Source: Anaerolineales bacterium
GTDB lineage: Bacteria > Chloroflexota > Anaerolineae > Anaerolineales > E44-bin32
NCBI GenBank assembly: GCA_034430695.1
Contig: DAOUEE010000158.1
Coordinates: 1 to 64,000, forward strand
Length of the DNA stretch: 64,000 bases
Direction: 5' to 3'
In this document: positions 30,290-41,543 of the stretch, piece after piece
Numbering within the stretch: the stretch's first letter is position 1
How the letters are laid out: each line of letters starts with the position of its first letter
Made by a program: the position numbers and the translations under genes
The notes under the pieces: generated by a model
What the model was told of the DNA's origin: nothing
Database searches by the model: none
What the model saw: the letters and a program-made list of their open reading frames with translations, nothing else

Positions 30290-31333
30290 ATGATCAACAG
30301 CTATGGAGCACCATTGGGAGGAAGGTACGAAATCGTCGGCTCGCTCGGCCGTGGAGGCATGGCCGAAGTCTACCGCGCCCGTGATTTGAGCCTCCAACGG
30401 GAAGTCGCTATCAAACTGCTGCGAGACGATTTCACTTCCGACCCCGCCTTCCAGGCAAGCTTTCTTCACGAGGCGCGAGCAGCAGCCAACCTGGCCCACC
30501 CCAACATTGTCACGATATTCGATTTCGGTATTGACTCGGGTCGATACTTCATCGTATTGGAATTGGTTCCCGGTACGGACCTGAAGACCCTCATCCGGCG
30601 ACGAGGCGCCCTGCCCATTCCGGAAGCGGTGGACTTGATGATCCAAATCTGCGCCGGGGTTGGCTATGCGCACCGAGCAGGTCTCATCCATTGCGATCTC
30701 AAACCTCAAAACGTGCTGGTGGGCAACGACGGCGTAGCCAAAATAACCGATTTCGGCATTGCCCGGGCATTCGCATCCATCCAGCCGGACGAACACAGCG
30801 AGGTCGTTTGGGGTAGCCCCCTGTATTTCGCCCCGGAGCAGGCTGCTGGCCGTCCTCCGACATTCGCTTCCGACGTGTATGCACTCGGCATCACGTTCTT
30901 CGAAATCCTGACCGGCCGCACTCCCTTCCAGGCGGACGATGCCGACGAACTTGCCCTTCTGCATCAGACTGCAAAGCCTCCACGCATGAGTCAGTTCCGT
31001 CCGGACATCCCCGAAATACTCGAGCAAATTACTGCGAAAGTGCTTTCAAAAGAACCTTCCGCACGCTATCGTACTGCAGATCAATTCGGCCGTGTTTTAA
31101 TGACCTGTGCCGAACAACTGCAATCGCTCCCCGTTCGATCCTACCAGATGCCGCCTCCAGCCGAAAACGACCCCGATGCGTCCACTTCGGCCATGGCATT
31201 TCCCTCGCCTGTACGTATCGATTGGGTTGCCGTCATCCTCGCCCTTCTCGCCTTTATCGCCGTCGGCGGCTTGATACCGCTATGGTTGTGGGTATGTTTG
31301 CTCTATCCTTCCTGTCCGCTCAATTCACCATAG
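30290..31333 (+). CDS. Hanks-type Ser/Thr protein kinase with C-terminal TM anchor
   Basis: LGRGGMAEVY, VAIK, HCDLKPQNVL, DFGIA, APE. The C-terminus 'VAVILALLAFIAVGGLIPLWLWVCLL' is a TM segment. Confidence 0.85.
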   Translation: MINSYGAPLGGRYEIVGSLGRGGMAEVYRARDLSLQREVAIKLLRDDFTSDPAFQASFLHEARAAANLAHPNIVTIFDFGIDSGRYFIVLELVPGTDLKTLIRRRGALPIPEAVDLMIQICAGVGYAHRAGLIHCDLKPQNVLVGNDGVAKITDFGIARAFASIQPDEHSEVVWGSPLYFAPEQAAGRPPTFASDVYALGITFFEILTGRTPFQADDADELALLHQTAKPPRMSQFRPDIPEILEQITAKVLSKEPSARYRTADQFGRVLMTCAEQLQSLPVRSYQMPPPAENDPDASTSAMAFPSPVRIDWVAVILALLAFIAVGGLIPLWLWVCLLYPSCPLNSP

Positions 31334-31485
31334 TGCCGGGTACTTGTACTTCATTCCGGATAAGTCATCGAATTTCAATTTCTGCTCCACGTGTCCCGCA
31401 CGCATCCACGCACGAATCGATAGATGATATAATTCGGAAGAACTGGGTTTGTACAAGTTCGTGTCGTTTTATTTAGGAGGTTGAT

Positions 31486-33360
31486 GTGAATGCTCCCCGA
31501 AGCAGGAATTCTGTTTTTTTTATACTCCTGCTGCTGAGTATTGTCGTATTGCTTTTTTTCATGCGTGACAGCGCCAACCAACCAGAGCGGTTGTCGTTCA
31601 ATGAACTGGTCGATAAGATCAAAGCCGGTGAGGTCTCCAAAATCGTCGTCAATGACAACGATCTCGAGGTGGAATACAACCAACCGGGAAAGACGGCCAT
31701 TAGCCGTAAAGAGCCCACGAAGACTCTCGTGGGACAGTTGATCGATTTCGGACTCACACCCGAATATCTGGCTCAGAATCCCTTCGAACTCGAGATCAAA
31801 GAACCGAGTGATTGGAACACGGTCCTTAGCCTGATAACGTACATCCTGCCAGCGCTGCTCGTTGTGGGATTGATTTGGTTCATGCTGCGCCAGGCGCAAG
31901 GCAGCAACAACCAGGCGCTTTCGTTTGGCAAGAGTCGGGCGCGCATGTTCACCGGTGATCAACCGACGATCACTTTCGAGGACGTTGCCGGCGTCGAGGA
32001 AGCCAAGGAAGAGCTGCAGGAGGTCGTAGAATTCCTCAAGGAACCCGAAAAATTCATAACCCTCGGCGCACGGATCCCTAAAGGCGTTCTTCTGATTGGC
32101 GCCCCAGGCACCGGGAAAACCATGATGGCGAAAGCGGTGTCCGGTGAAGCGGGCGTGCCTTTCTTCTCGATCTCGGGTTCAGAATTCGTCGAGATGTTCG
32201 TCGGCGTTGGCGCAAGCCGTGTGCGCGATCTTTTCGATCAGGCCAAACGTCACTCACCATGCATCGTCTTCGTCGATGAAATCGACGCCGTCGGGCGCCA
32301 TCGCGGTGCGGGTCTCGGCGGCAGCCACGATGAGCGAGAACAAACGCTGAATCAAATGTTGGTCGAAATGGACGGCTTCGACACCGACACCAATGTGATC
32401 ATCATGGCGGCGACCAACCGGCCCGACATTCTGGACCCCGCCTTGCTCCGCCCGGGCAGGTTCGACCGGCGTGTCGTTCTCGATCGTCCGGACATGCGAG
32501 GACGCGAGGCGATTCTCAAGGTCCACACGAAGGGTAAACCGTTGGAAGTCGATGTGGATCTCAGTATTATCGCCAAATCCACTCCCGGTTTCGTCGGCGC
32601 CGATCTCGAGAATCTGGTCAACGAGGCTGCGATCCTCGCCGCTCGACGAGACAAGCGTACGATTGGACAATCGGAGTTCGAAGAGTCGATCGAACGCGTC
32701 ATCGCCGGCCCTGAAAGGAAAAGCCGCATCATCAGCGAGGAAGAGAAACGCATCGTCGCTTATCACGAGGCGGGGCACGCCATCATCGCACACGTCATCC
32801 CGGAAGCAGATCCCGTGCACAAGGTGAGCATCATTGCGCGAGGCATGATGGGCGGATATACCCTGGCCTTACCGGAAGATGACCGTACGCTAACGTCGAG
32901 AAATAAAATGAAGGCAGACCTCGCCTTCGGACTCGGTGGTCGCGCCGCGGAGGAGATCGTCTTTAACGACATCACTTCCGGGGCGTCCAACGATCTCGAA
33001 CGAGTCACCAAGCTGGCCCGCTCGATGGTCACCCGCCTGGGGATGAGCGATTCTCTCGGCCCGATGGTCTATGGCCAGAAAGAGGAATTGGTATTCCTTG
33101 GACGCGAGATCGGCGAGCAGCGCGACTATTCCGAAAACATTGCCGAATTGATCGATGATGAAGTGCGGCAACTGGTTCAGGAGGCACACGCTCGGGCGCG
33201 CGACATTCTCACAAAATACCGGGATCAGCTCGAAACCATAGCGCAGCGTCTCATCGAGGTGGAAACACTCGACCGCGATGAGTTTGCGCAGATGTTCGCG
33301 GAACCGGTTCAGCCAAAGAACAGCGGAACCCCAATACCCTTGCCCACTGCCGGTGACTAG
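31486..33360 (+). CDS. ftsH: ATP-dependent zinc metalloprotease FtsH
   Basis: Two N-terminal TM helices. AAA module with Walker A GAPGTGKT and second region of homology. Zn site HEAGHAI. Confidence 0.95.
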   Translation: MNAPRSRNSVFFILLLLSIVVLLFFMRDSANQPERLSFNELVDKIKAGEVSKIVVNDNDLEVEYNQPGKTAISRKEPTKTLVGQLIDFGLTPEYLAQNPFELEIKEPSDWNTVLSLITYILPALLVVGLIWFMLRQAQGSNNQALSFGKSRARMFTGDQPTITFEDVAGVEEAKEELQEVVEFLKEPEKFITLGARIPKGVLLIGAPGTGKTMMAKAVSGEAGVPFFSISGSEFVEMFVGVGASRVRDLFDQAKRHSPCIVFVDEIDAVGRHRGAGLGGSHDEREQTLNQMLVEMDGFDTDTNVIIMAATNRPDILDPALLRPGRFDRRVVLDRPDMRGREAILKVHTKGKPLEVDVDLSIIAKSTPGFVGADLENLVNEAAILAARRDKRTIGQSEFEESIERVIAGPERKSRIISEEEKRIVAYHEAGHAIIAHVIPEADPVHKVSIIARGMMGGYTLALPEDDRTLTSRNKMKADLAFGLGGRAAEEIVFNDITSGASNDLERVTKLARSMVTRLGMSDSLGPMVYGQKEELVFLGREIGEQRDYSENIAELIDDEVRQLVQEAHARARDILTKYRDQLETIAQRLIEVETLDRDEFAQMFAEPVQPKNSGTPIPLPTAGD

Positions 33361-33385
33361 GTTAAAAGCAGCCAATGGAAATGAA

Positions 33386-33415
33386 GGGCTGTCCGACGAT
33401 CCAGACGGACAGCCC
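33386..33415. terminator. Hairpin GGGCTGTCCG-acgatccaga-CGGACAGCCC between convergent ftsH and fadD
   Basis: A 10-bp perfect stem seen in sequence. The flanks are only weakly T-rich. Confidence 0.45.
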
Positions 33416-33459
33416 CTATCATTATTCGTTGAGGGTCGAAAGCTAAAGCGTAAGCCAGG

Positions 33460-35157
33460 CTACGTTTCTTTTTCACTTTCCCGGTGCTGGCGTACCAACT
33501 CACGGCGCAGGATCTTCCCGACCGTCGTTTTGGGCAGTTCTTCCCGAAATTCTACTTGTGTGGGTACCTTGTACGCCGCCATCCTCTCCTTGCACCAGGC
33601 ACGAATGTCATCGACCGAAGCCGTCTCGCCGGGTTTGAGTACGACCCAAGCCTTGACGGTTTCTCCCCGATAGGCGTCCGGAATACCCGCCACGCCAACT
33701 TCCAAGACGGCCGGGTTCTCGGAAATGACTTCCTCGACCTCACGCGGCCACACCTGGTATCCACTCGGTTTAATCAGCTCCTTCTTGCGGTCGACGATGA
33801 AGAAATATCCATCCTCATCCATGCGGGCGATGTCGCCGGTATACAACCAACCATCCCGCAGCGCGTTCGCCGTCTCTGTGGGCATGTTGTGATAGCCCTT
33901 CATGACCTGAGGTCCCTGGATCACCAACTCGCCAACCTCGCCGGGGCCGAGCACCGTTGTTTCATCGTCGAGGGAAATGATGCGCGCATCGACATCGGGC
34001 AGCGGCAGTCCAATCGAACCTTCCTTATTCAGCCCGTACAGCGGATTGCAATGCGTTGCCGTCGGCGCCTCCGAGAGGCCGTAACCCTCGACCAGTTTCC
34101 CGCCGGTCTGTTTCTCGAAAAGCGTCTTGGTCTCGCGCATCAAAGGTGCCGATCCCGAGATACATGCCTGGATCGAACTCACGTCCGTCTTACCTGCCTG
34201 CACATCGGGATGGTTGTTGATAGCGTTGTACATCGCGGGTACGCCCGGGTAGATCGTGGGCTTGTATTTGGATATCAAAGCAAGTATTTCATCAGTTTCA
34301 CGCGGATCGGGTTGGATCACCAGCGTGGCGCCCGATGAAATGCCGAACGTCATGCCCGCCACCAATCCGTAGACGTGGAACATCGGGATGGCCATCAATA
34401 CGACTTCTTCTCCCATCCTCAAATTGGGATTGAAAGCCCGGATTTGGAGCGTGTTTGCGACGAGATTGCGGTGCAAGGCGATGGCCGCTTTGGAAAGGCC
34501 GGTGGTGCCTCCACTGTACTGAAACAGGGCAATATCTTCCGGACCAACATCCAGCTGCGGGACATCATCAGGAGTGTGTTTATCGATCATGTCGCGCATC
34601 CAGACATCCTGTTCGTCGAGAGTGACCCGATGTCCGCCCTTCTTTTCCATGGTCAGCGTAAAAAGGAACCGCAGTAATCCGGGCAGCGCTTCTTTCAAAT
34701 TGGTGACCACTAGGGTTTTCAGGGTCGTCTGTTCTCGGACGGCCTTGATTTTCTCGTAGAACATGCTCGCGGCGATCATGATCTCGATTCCGGAATCGTT
34801 GACCTGATGCACGATCTCGCGTGCCTTATACAGCGGATTAAACGCGACGACAACGCCACCCGCTTTCAGAATGGCGTAGAAGGCAAGCACGAACTGCGGA
34901 AGGTTCACCATGAACATACCGACAGGGGTGCCTTTCCTGACGCCAAGATCAGCCAGACCTGCAGCGAGTCGATCCGAAAGGGCATCCATTTCAGCGTAGG
35001 TGATTTCCGCACCTTTGAAAATTGTACAGGGCCGTTGCGGATACGCTTGCGCCGATTCTGTAAGCATGTGGTGGAGATTGATCTTTGGGTATTCAATATG
35101 TTTAGGGACCCCCTCATCATAAAATTTAAACCAAGGATGTTCTTTCATCATCACCAC
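33460..35157 (-). CDS. fadD: Long-chain fatty acid-CoA ligase (AMP-dependent synthetase)
   Basis: AMP-binding motif 'LFQYSGGTTGLSKAA'. The size (565 aa) and C-terminal 'GKILRREL' are typical of FadD/ACSL. Confidence 0.9.
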   Translation of the reverse strand: MVMMKEHPWFKFYDEGVPKHIEYPKINLHHMLTESAQAYPQRPCTIFKGAEITYAEMDALSDRLAAGLADLGVRKGTPVGMFMVNLPQFVLAFYAILKAGGVVVAFNPLYKAREIVHQVNDSGIEIMIAASMFYEKIKAVREQTTLKTLVVTNLKEALPGLLRFLFTLTMEKKGGHRVTLDEQDVWMRDMIDKHTPDDVPQLDVGPEDIALFQYSGGTTGLSKAAIALHRNLVANTLQIRAFNPNLRMGEEVVLMAIPMFHVYGLVAGMTFGISSGATLVIQPDPRETDEILALISKYKPTIYPGVPAMYNAINNHPDVQAGKTDVSSIQACISGSAPLMRETKTLFEKQTGGKLVEGYGLSEAPTATHCNPLYGLNKEGSIGLPLPDVDARIISLDDETTVLGPGEVGELVIQGPQVMKGYHNMPTETANALRDGWLYTGDIARMDEDGYFFIVDRKKELIKPSGYQVWPREVEEVISENPAVLEVGVAGIPDAYRGETVKAWVVLKPGETASVDDIRAWCKERMAAYKVPTQVEFREELPKTTVGKILRRELVRQHRESEKET

Positions 35158-35334
35158 TCTCCTTTAGGTACTCACACTTGAAGAGACGGCTCCTCTACAC
35201 TCTTTATACATCGGATTTGAACGCACGCAAAATCCGAATGATATAATTACGAAAACAAACCCGATTCCTTTCTGGAGAAACCATCCGTACCACATAAATC
35301 GTTTGAGCATAATTCCACCCGGAGGCGAAAAAGG

Positions 35335-36657
35335 ATGCGAAATCTTTCTGTACCAGGAAAGAATGCAAAACGATATCTTAAACGCGACGAGAACGTGATT
35401 TCTCCTTCCTATCCACGTGTTTACCCGTTCATGATGGATCATGGTTCGGGCTCCGAAGTCTGGGACATAGACGGTAATCGTTACATCGACTTTACTGCTG
35501 GCATTGCCGTCTGCTCCACCGGGCACAGCCATCCGAAAGTGGTCGAGGCGATCCAAAAACAAGCAGAACGGTATATACACATTTCTTCCGACTTCTACCA
35601 CCCGATCTGGATTGAGTTTTCGGAAAAACTCGCCTCTACTGCCCCTTTCAAAGAGAACGCAAAAATCTTTCTGGGAAATTCCGGAACGGAAGCCGTTGAA
35701 GCGGCCATAAAATTGGCCCGGTTTCACACCGGTCGTCAACAATTTATCGGCTTCCTTGGCGGTTTTCACGGCCGGACGTTGGGTTCATTGGCCTTCACCG
35801 CCAGCAAACCCACCTACCGGCACGGATTCTTCCCGATCCTAAATGGTGTGACGCATGTCCCTTATCCGAACCCCTATCGGCCGCTGCTTGCATCGACGCA
35901 CGAGGATTACGGCGAGAGCGTGGTCCAATACATCCGTGACGTCATCTTTCAAAAGGTGCTGCCGGTGGAGGATTGCGCCGGTATCCTCGTTGAACCGATC
36001 CAAGGCGAAGGCGGCTATGTCGTGCCAACCGACGGATTCTTCCCGGCATTACGTGAATTGTGCGATCAACACGGCATCCTGCTCATCGTGGATGAAGTTC
36101 AATCGGGCGTCGGTCGAACGGGCAAATGGTGGGCGATCGAGCATTGGAACGTCGAGCCGGACATTGTCTGCACGGCGAAAGGCATCGCCTCGGGCATTCC
36201 GCTCGGAGGGATCATCGCCAGGGAAAGCGTCATGGATTGGCCCAGCGGAGCCCACGGAAACACCTATGGGGGCAACCCAATTGCATGCGCTGCCGCTCTG
36301 GCGACGTTCGAATTGATCGAGAATGGCATGATGCAGAACGCTGCGGAAGTCGGCCAGTATACGCTGGACGCACTTGCTGAATTGCAGGCTCACCATCCGA
36401 GCATCGGACATGTTCGAGGCAAAGGTTTGATGATCGGCGTTGAGTTCGTTCAGGACCGTGAGACTCGCACGCCGGCGAAATCTCTACGCAAACGCGTCGA
36501 GCAGCACGCCTTCCACAAGGGATTGTTGACGCTGGGATGCGGTGAAAGCACGCTGCGCATAGCGCCCGCGCTCAACATCACGACCTCGCTGATCGACGAG
36601 GGGCTAGAGATTCTCGATCACGCCATTAATGAAGCCGAGCAAGAAGAGCTAGACTGA
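35335..36657 (+). CDS. Class-III PLP-dependent aminotransferase (GabT/ArgD-like)
   Basis: 'LIVDEVQSGVGRTGKWWAIEHW' and the PLP-Lys region 'DIVCTAKGIASGIPLGG'. Confidence 0.9.
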   Translation: MRNLSVPGKNAKRYLKRDENVISPSYPRVYPFMMDHGSGSEVWDIDGNRYIDFTAGIAVCSTGHSHPKVVEAIQKQAERYIHISSDFYHPIWIEFSEKLASTAPFKENAKIFLGNSGTEAVEAAIKLARFHTGRQQFIGFLGGFHGRTLGSLAFTASKPTYRHGFFPILNGVTHVPYPNPYRPLLASTHEDYGESVVQYIRDVIFQKVLPVEDCAGILVEPIQGEGGYVVPTDGFFPALRELCDQHGILLIVDEVQSGVGRTGKWWAIEHWNVEPDIVCTAKGIASGIPLGGIIARESVMDWPSGAHGNTYGGNPIACAAALATFELIENGMMQNAAEVGQYTLDALAELQAHHPSIGHVRGKGLMIGVEFVQDRETRTPAKSLRKRVEQHAFHKGLLTLGCGESTLRIAPALNITTSLIDEGLEILDHAINEAEQEELD

Positions 36658-38220
36658 ATGCTGCCCGATTTTCGTGTTCGCCAACGCGATTACCTGCTTG
36701 AGATATCGCGTGTCATTACGGAAGAACTCGAACTCAATCGCGTGCTCACACGGATCGTACGCGTGTCCGCCGAGCTCCTCGCGGGCCACGCCGGCATCAT
36801 TGCACTGCGCGACGAGGGCGGCTGGCGAATCGCTTCTTCGTACGGCATTAATGCGGAATTCCTGAAGAACCTCGAACCCTTGCTCGCCGACATCCCCGAT
36901 CAAGGTGATCCTGCCCGTTTCGCCCTCCCGGAAATTAACCGCCGGCTGCAACGTATCACAGCCGCGACGAGCATGGGATTATTGACCGGCGTCGGTTTGC
37001 CGATGATTGCCCATTCGGAGGTCGTAGGCGTCATTTTCGTCTTTCGTTCTTACCCGGGTCGGTTTTCCAACGAGGATCGGAAGCTGCTGCAGGCATTTGC
37101 CTCGCAAGCCGCGATAGCGGTTCACAACGCAAGGCTCTATACAGAACTCTCGCAGCAAAAACAGCACATCGATGCGGTGCTCGAATCCTCGGCCGATGGC
37201 ATCTTTATTCTCGACCCGAGTTTCTGCTTCGTTCGTTTTAATCGTGCCTGTGCACGACTCACCGGATACGAACCTGAGGAAACGACCGGGATACCCCACG
37301 CGAAAATCATCCGCTGGCTGCGGCGCGAGCCTGGTTTGTCTTTGGAAGAGGCTGAAGCCGGTGGCTGGCCGCTTTCTGCCCAGGCCGTGCTCTATGTCGA
37401 AGGTGATCTAATCAAGAAAAACGAAGAGGCAATTAGTGTGGGCATCCGCTATGCACCTACGATCTCCCCGGAAGGGAAATTGAGGAGTATCGTCGCTAAC
37501 GTGCGCGATATTACCAAATTTCGGGAAGCCGAAGAACTGAAGGACACTTTCATCTCCATCATCAGCCACGAATTGCGGACGCCCGTGGCCTTGATCAAAG
37601 GGTATGTAGGCACGTTGCGGAGAGAGGATGCGGAGTGGGATCCAGACACCGTACGCGATAGTTTAGCGGTGATCGAAGAAGAATCCGATCGACTCGCGGA
37701 CCTGATCGACGATCTGCTCGATGCCTCACGGCTCGCTGCTGGTGCACTGTCCTTGAACTTTTCCGAGGTGGGGATTAAGGAGTTGGCCGAAAGATTGGCG
37801 AAGCGATTTACAACCCAATCCGCTGCGCACAAGTTCGTCGTCGATTTCCCCGGCGACTTCCCCACGGTACTCGCGGATGAAGACCGATTGACACAAGTCC
37901 TGACCAACCTTCTATCGAACGCCGTCAAATACTCGCCCGATGGCGGCCAGGTGACGATCCATGGACGGGCGCTCAAAGACGACATCGTAGTCTGCGTGCA
38001 GGACGAAGGCTCGGGTATCGCCATGGAAGACGTGCCGCACGTGTTCGATCGTTTCTATCGGTCGAAAGAAGCCTCGCGGAAAACGAAGGGAGCTGGATTG
38101 GGACTCTTCCTGGCCAAAGCGGTGGTCAAAGCCCACAAAGGACGGATCTGGGTAGACGAAGAAGTCAAGCACGGCACAAGAATCTGTTTCGCCCTTCCTC
38201 GACATCACACACGAGAATGA
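36658..38220 (+). CDS. GAF-PAS sensor histidine kinase
   Basis: HisKA 'ISHELRTPVALIKGY'. HATPase N/G boxes 'LTNLLSNAVKYSP', 'QDEGSGIA', 'GAGLGLFLAK'. TGA-ATG abutting the upstream gene. Confidence 0.85.
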   Translation: MLPDFRVRQRDYLLEISRVITEELELNRVLTRIVRVSAELLAGHAGIIALRDEGGWRIASSYGINAEFLKNLEPLLADIPDQGDPARFALPEINRRLQRITAATSMGLLTGVGLPMIAHSEVVGVIFVFRSYPGRFSNEDRKLLQAFASQAAIAVHNARLYTELSQQKQHIDAVLESSADGIFILDPSFCFVRFNRACARLTGYEPEETTGIPHAKIIRWLRREPGLSLEEAEAGGWPLSAQAVLYVEGDLIKKNEEAISVGIRYAPTISPEGKLRSIVANVRDITKFREAEELKDTFISIISHELRTPVALIKGYVGTLRREDAEWDPDTVRDSLAVIEEESDRLADLIDDLLDASRLAAGALSLNFSEVGIKELAERLAKRFTTQSAAHKFVVDFPGDFPTVLADEDRLTQVLTNLLSNAVKYSPDGGQVTIHGRALKDDIVVCVQDEGSGIAMEDVPHVFDRFYRSKEASRKTKGAGLGLFLAKAVVKAHKGRIWVDEEVKHGTRICFALPRHHTRE

Positions 38221-38242
38221 CTGTAAAGGATAAAAATTTTCC

Positions 38243-39610
38243 ATGACCCAAGCGATGACTCAAATTCAATGCCCCAACTGCAAAGCGCCGATCATGGCCT
38301 CCATCGAACAGCTCATCGATGTCGGCCAGGATCCGGGCGCAAAGGCCAGGCTACTTTCCGGAAGTATAAACCGCATCAAGTGCCCTTCCTGTGGCTTCGA
38401 AGGCCAGATCGCGGCGCCGCTCGTGTATCACGATCCCGAAAAGGAACTGCTGCTGACGTTCATGCCCGTCGAACTCAACATTTCCAAAGACGAACAAGAA
38501 CGTGTAATTGGCAAGATGATCAATAGAATCACGGAGAGTCTGCCGCCGGAACAACGAAAGGCATACCTGTTTCAGCCCCAGACTACGCTCACGATGCAGG
38601 GAATGTTGGAACGAATATTAGAGCAGGACGGTATATCCAAAGAAGAAATCGAAGAGCAGCGCGCTCGAATGCGCCTCTTCGAAGAATTGATTCAAATCCG
38701 CGATGAGGATCTCGACGATTTCATCAAGGAACATGACGAAGAAATGGACTCTGCATTCTTCCAGATCGCCGCTATGGCGATTGGTTCGATAACGGATGCG
38801 GACATGAAGCAAGCCGTTACCCAACGCTACGAAAAGGCCGTTCAACAAAGCGCGTTTGGACGCAGGATCCAGGCCCAAGAGGATGAATTCAAACAGGCCA
38901 TCGAAAGCATCAACGAGCTCGGGAAGGACGTGACCCGCGAAAACATCCTGGATTTACTGATCCAGGCTCCCAACGACGACCGCGTGCTCGCCATCGTCAA
39001 TCTCCTGCGGCCAGCGTTGGATTATAGTTTTTTTCAACTGCTAACGGACCGCATGGAGTCGAGCGATGCAGAACAACAAGAGAAGCTTTCTGTGCTCCGG
39101 GATCGCATACTCGAAATTTGCCAGGAGATCGACAAAGTCCAGGAAGCCCGCGCCACGCAAGCGGCCTCTTTACTGCAATCGCTGATGCAAGCGGATGACC
39201 TCGATCAGGCGATTAGAAACGCACTGCCCATCGTGGACGACTATTTCCTGGGGATTTTGCAGGCAAATATCCAGGCAGCAGAAGAACGGAATAATGCGGA
39301 AGCCCTCAAGAAACTCGACGAGATTCGGGACAAATTGCAGACCATTGCCGAAGAAACCGTCCCTGAAGAACTCCGTTTTGCTCAACAGCTCATTAACATC
39401 GAAGACGACGAGGAAGCGCTCCGCCTCCTGGAGACGTCAATTAAGCAGATCAACGACCAGGTATTGTCTGCATTGATGGCCACCGCGGATCGACTGGCGG
39501 AAAACGGCGATCAAGAAAATGCCGATCGCGTGCGTAAGCGGTATCGTCAGGCGCTGAAATTAGCGATGAAGGCAAAGATGAGCGCCGATGAAACGGACGA
39601 GAAAACCTAA
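38243..39610 (+). CDS. CpXC-domain protein with long C-terminal helical region
   Basis: N-terminal 'CPNCKAP...CPSCGF' (CpXC). Otherwise an acidic coiled-coil-like sequence. Confidence 0.55.
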   Translation: MTQAMTQIQCPNCKAPIMASIEQLIDVGQDPGAKARLLSGSINRIKCPSCGFEGQIAAPLVYHDPEKELLLTFMPVELNISKDEQERVIGKMINRITESLPPEQRKAYLFQPQTTLTMQGMLERILEQDGISKEEIEEQRARMRLFEELIQIRDEDLDDFIKEHDEEMDSAFFQIAAMAIGSITDADMKQAVTQRYEKAVQQSAFGRRIQAQEDEFKQAIESINELGKDVTRENILDLLIQAPNDDRVLAIVNLLRPALDYSFFQLLTDRMESSDAEQQEKLSVLRDRILEICQEIDKVQEARATQAASLLQSLMQADDLDQAIRNALPIVDDYFLGILQANIQAAEERNNAEALKKLDEIRDKLQTIAEETVPEELRFAQQLINIEDDEEALRLLETSIKQINDQVLSALMATADRLAENGDQENADRVRKRYRQALKLAMKAKMSADETDEKT

Positions 39611-39711
39611 CCAAGACGGAGCTCGAACACAGCGTAGATCATCGGGAGCAACTGAACTCGAACCCCGTGTCCATGATGGCATAGGGTTCTTTATAGTGAC
39701 CCGTGATGAAA

Positions 39712-40071
39712 TTATTCGAGCAATTCCTTGATACTATCCCGCGTGTCCATGGCTTGACCGAGCATGAAGCCCAGAATCGCGAGAAATATTATCGCTCCAA
39801 ATCCGATGACCTCCCCCCACGGAGGCTGGACGAAGTCGGGCACGACGATTAACACCACGACCCCGATCGTCAGCCCCAGGACGAGACCCAAGAACTTGTT
39901 CGGTGTCTCCTCGATCATCGTACGCAAAGAGAAGCGCGTCACGGACTTTTTCCGACGCCTGGCAATCGAATGTTGAAGATCGTTGACTTTCTTTTGAGGG
40001 TCACGAAGTTGGATCTGCCGGTCGCGAATCCTTTTTAACCGCTCTTGCTCCGAATTTTGTGAACTCATCAC
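39712..40071 (-). CDS. Small membrane protein (2 TM), hypothetical
   Basis: Basic N-terminus followed by two hydrophobic helices. Confidence 0.4.
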   Translation of the reverse strand: MMSSQNSEQERLKRIRDRQIQLRDPQKKVNDLQHSIARRRKKSVTRFSLRTMIEETPNKFLGLVLGLTIGVVVLIVVPDFVQPPWGEVIGFGAIIFLAILGFMLGQAMDTRDSIKELLE

Positions 40072-40123
40072 ACACCTCCAAGTCTCGGGATCGCGCGATC
40101 CGATATCGTTCGATGGCCGAATT

Positions 40124-40648
40124 CTATTTATCGAAATCCAGCCAAAGATCGTGGACGAAATCCGGGCAGTAATCTTTCAGACTGCGCTCGTTTGCCCACT
40201 TGATGACGCCGGAATTCTTCGCTGCAGGCGTACACAGCCGCTGCGGATCGACACGGATACCCGCTCGTGCCAAATCCAAACGATCTGCGTCATAGCACGT
40301 TTGAACGGTAAGGTTGTTGTGATTGCGTTCATCGGTGTGATTGGCGCACGCAGCGTAGAGTAATGCATACTCCTCATCCAAAATCCCGAAATAAGATCCC
40401 CGCAATGTCTGCATGAATTCCGCAGCACGTTTGCCGTGGCCCGGATCAATGCCTTCGTTTACCCGCCGTGAGTCGTGGAATACTGCAAACAAGCCTACGA
40501 CCGTCAAATTGGCCCCGTTTTGCTTGCCCAATTTCATGCCGTTTTCATACACACGCGCCCAATGCCGAATCCCATGGATGCCGAAGAGCGGCAGGGTGTA
40601 GCTTTCGAGAATTTTCGCCACCAATACAGGGTTGATGCTGTCGATCAT
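40124..40648 (-). CDS. Putative HD-domain phosphohydrolase-like protein
   Basis: H...HD...D pattern (GIRHWARV ... AVFHDSRR ... CYDADRLD). The family assignment is tentative. Confidence 0.45.
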   Translation of the reverse strand: MIDSINPVLVAKILESYTLPLFGIHGIRHWARVYENGMKLGKQNGANLTVVGLFAVFHDSRRVNEGIDPGHGKRAAEFMQTLRGSYFGILDEEYALLYAACANHTDERNHNNLTVQTCYDADRLDLARAGIRVDPQRLCTPAAKNSGVIKWANERSLKDYCPDFVHDLWLDFDK

Positions 40649-40681
40649 TCCCTCACTCAGCGCAAAACTCAGGATCGCCTG

Positions 40682-41041
40682 CTATGCTTTCCCCTCGGTC
40701 TCACCAACCGGCTCGAGGTACGTCCGCAGCGATACACGCTCATCCTTGGGCGACCAGGCGATGTATATCGGTTTTTCATTCCGCAGCGTATCGAGAACGG
40801 ACACAATTTCGTCCGTGGACAAATGACACATCAAGGTCGGTTTGGGACCAGACGGAGTACGCAACGAATCCTTTTTCGTCCATAATTTTTGGGGTTGGTA
40901 AAAGCGTAGTTCTGCCGCAACGCCCTTGACATCCTCACTGAAGAGCATGATCCGAGCACGTAAATCCCGATCCTCCGCGGATTCACTGTTCCCAAAGAAT
41001 TCAATGGCGTAGTTGAAAACTTTATAGCTGATCTCTTCCAT
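40682..41041 (-). CDS. Hypothetical protein
   Basis: 119-aa ORF co-directional with the HD-like gene. No motif recognised. Confidence 0.35.
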   Translation of the reverse strand: MEEISYKVFNYAIEFFGNSESAEDRDLRARIMLFSEDVKGVAAELRFYQPQKLWTKKDSLRTPSGPKPTLMCHLSTDEIVSVLDTLRNEKPIYIAWSPKDERVSLRTYLEPVGETEGKA

Positions 41042-41216
41042 TGATACACCTCGATCAAGTGGGGTGTCGTTTCGTTAGGCAGCGCATGAGGGTAGTGTAT
41101 ATGCGAAAATGCAAATTCACAACGAGGTGACTTCAGATTGCCATTCTTGACATTGATTAATTCACGGCCAAACAGAAATTCTTACCTGATCTGTGGATTC
41201 TCCGATTGGTGAAACT

Positions 41217-41531
41217 TCAATGCGAGGCGCAGACAGCGAGGCGAAAAGGAAACAACTCCGGAACCATGACACCTTCCGCCACGGCAGGATCCGACTGCAC
41301 GATCTTGAGTGCATCGTTTTCGGATCGAGCTTGAAACACAACGATGCCGAAAGTTCGCTCGTCGTCTGTATCCGTGCGGCCTGCGAATTCTACAACACCT
41401 TGAGCCGCCAATTCAGAGAGATAATCAAAATGCTGAGTGATAATTTCAGTTTCCCGATCCGTGGGACCTTCGGTCAGCATCTCGATCCGGATAGGTCGAA
41501 TTGTGTACAGAAACTGCTGATCATCTGGCAT
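41217..41531 (-). CDS. YciI-like (YCII-related) small protein
   Basis: 104 aa. 'FLYTIRPIR...HFDYLSELAAQGVVEFAGRTDTDDERTFGIVVFQARSENDALKIVQSDPAV' matches the YciI-family fold pattern. Confidence 0.65.
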   Translation of the reverse strand: MPDDQQFLYTIRPIRIEMLTEGPTDRETEIITQHFDYLSELAAQGVVEFAGRTDTDDERTFGIVVFQARSENDALKIVQSDPAVAEGVMVPELFPFRLAVCASH

Positions 41532-41543
41532 GGGCTTCCACTT

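Noticed and set aside
33484-34338. 284-aa plus-strand ORF
   Set aside because: Antisense to the fadD (AMP-ligase) gene. Shadow ORF.
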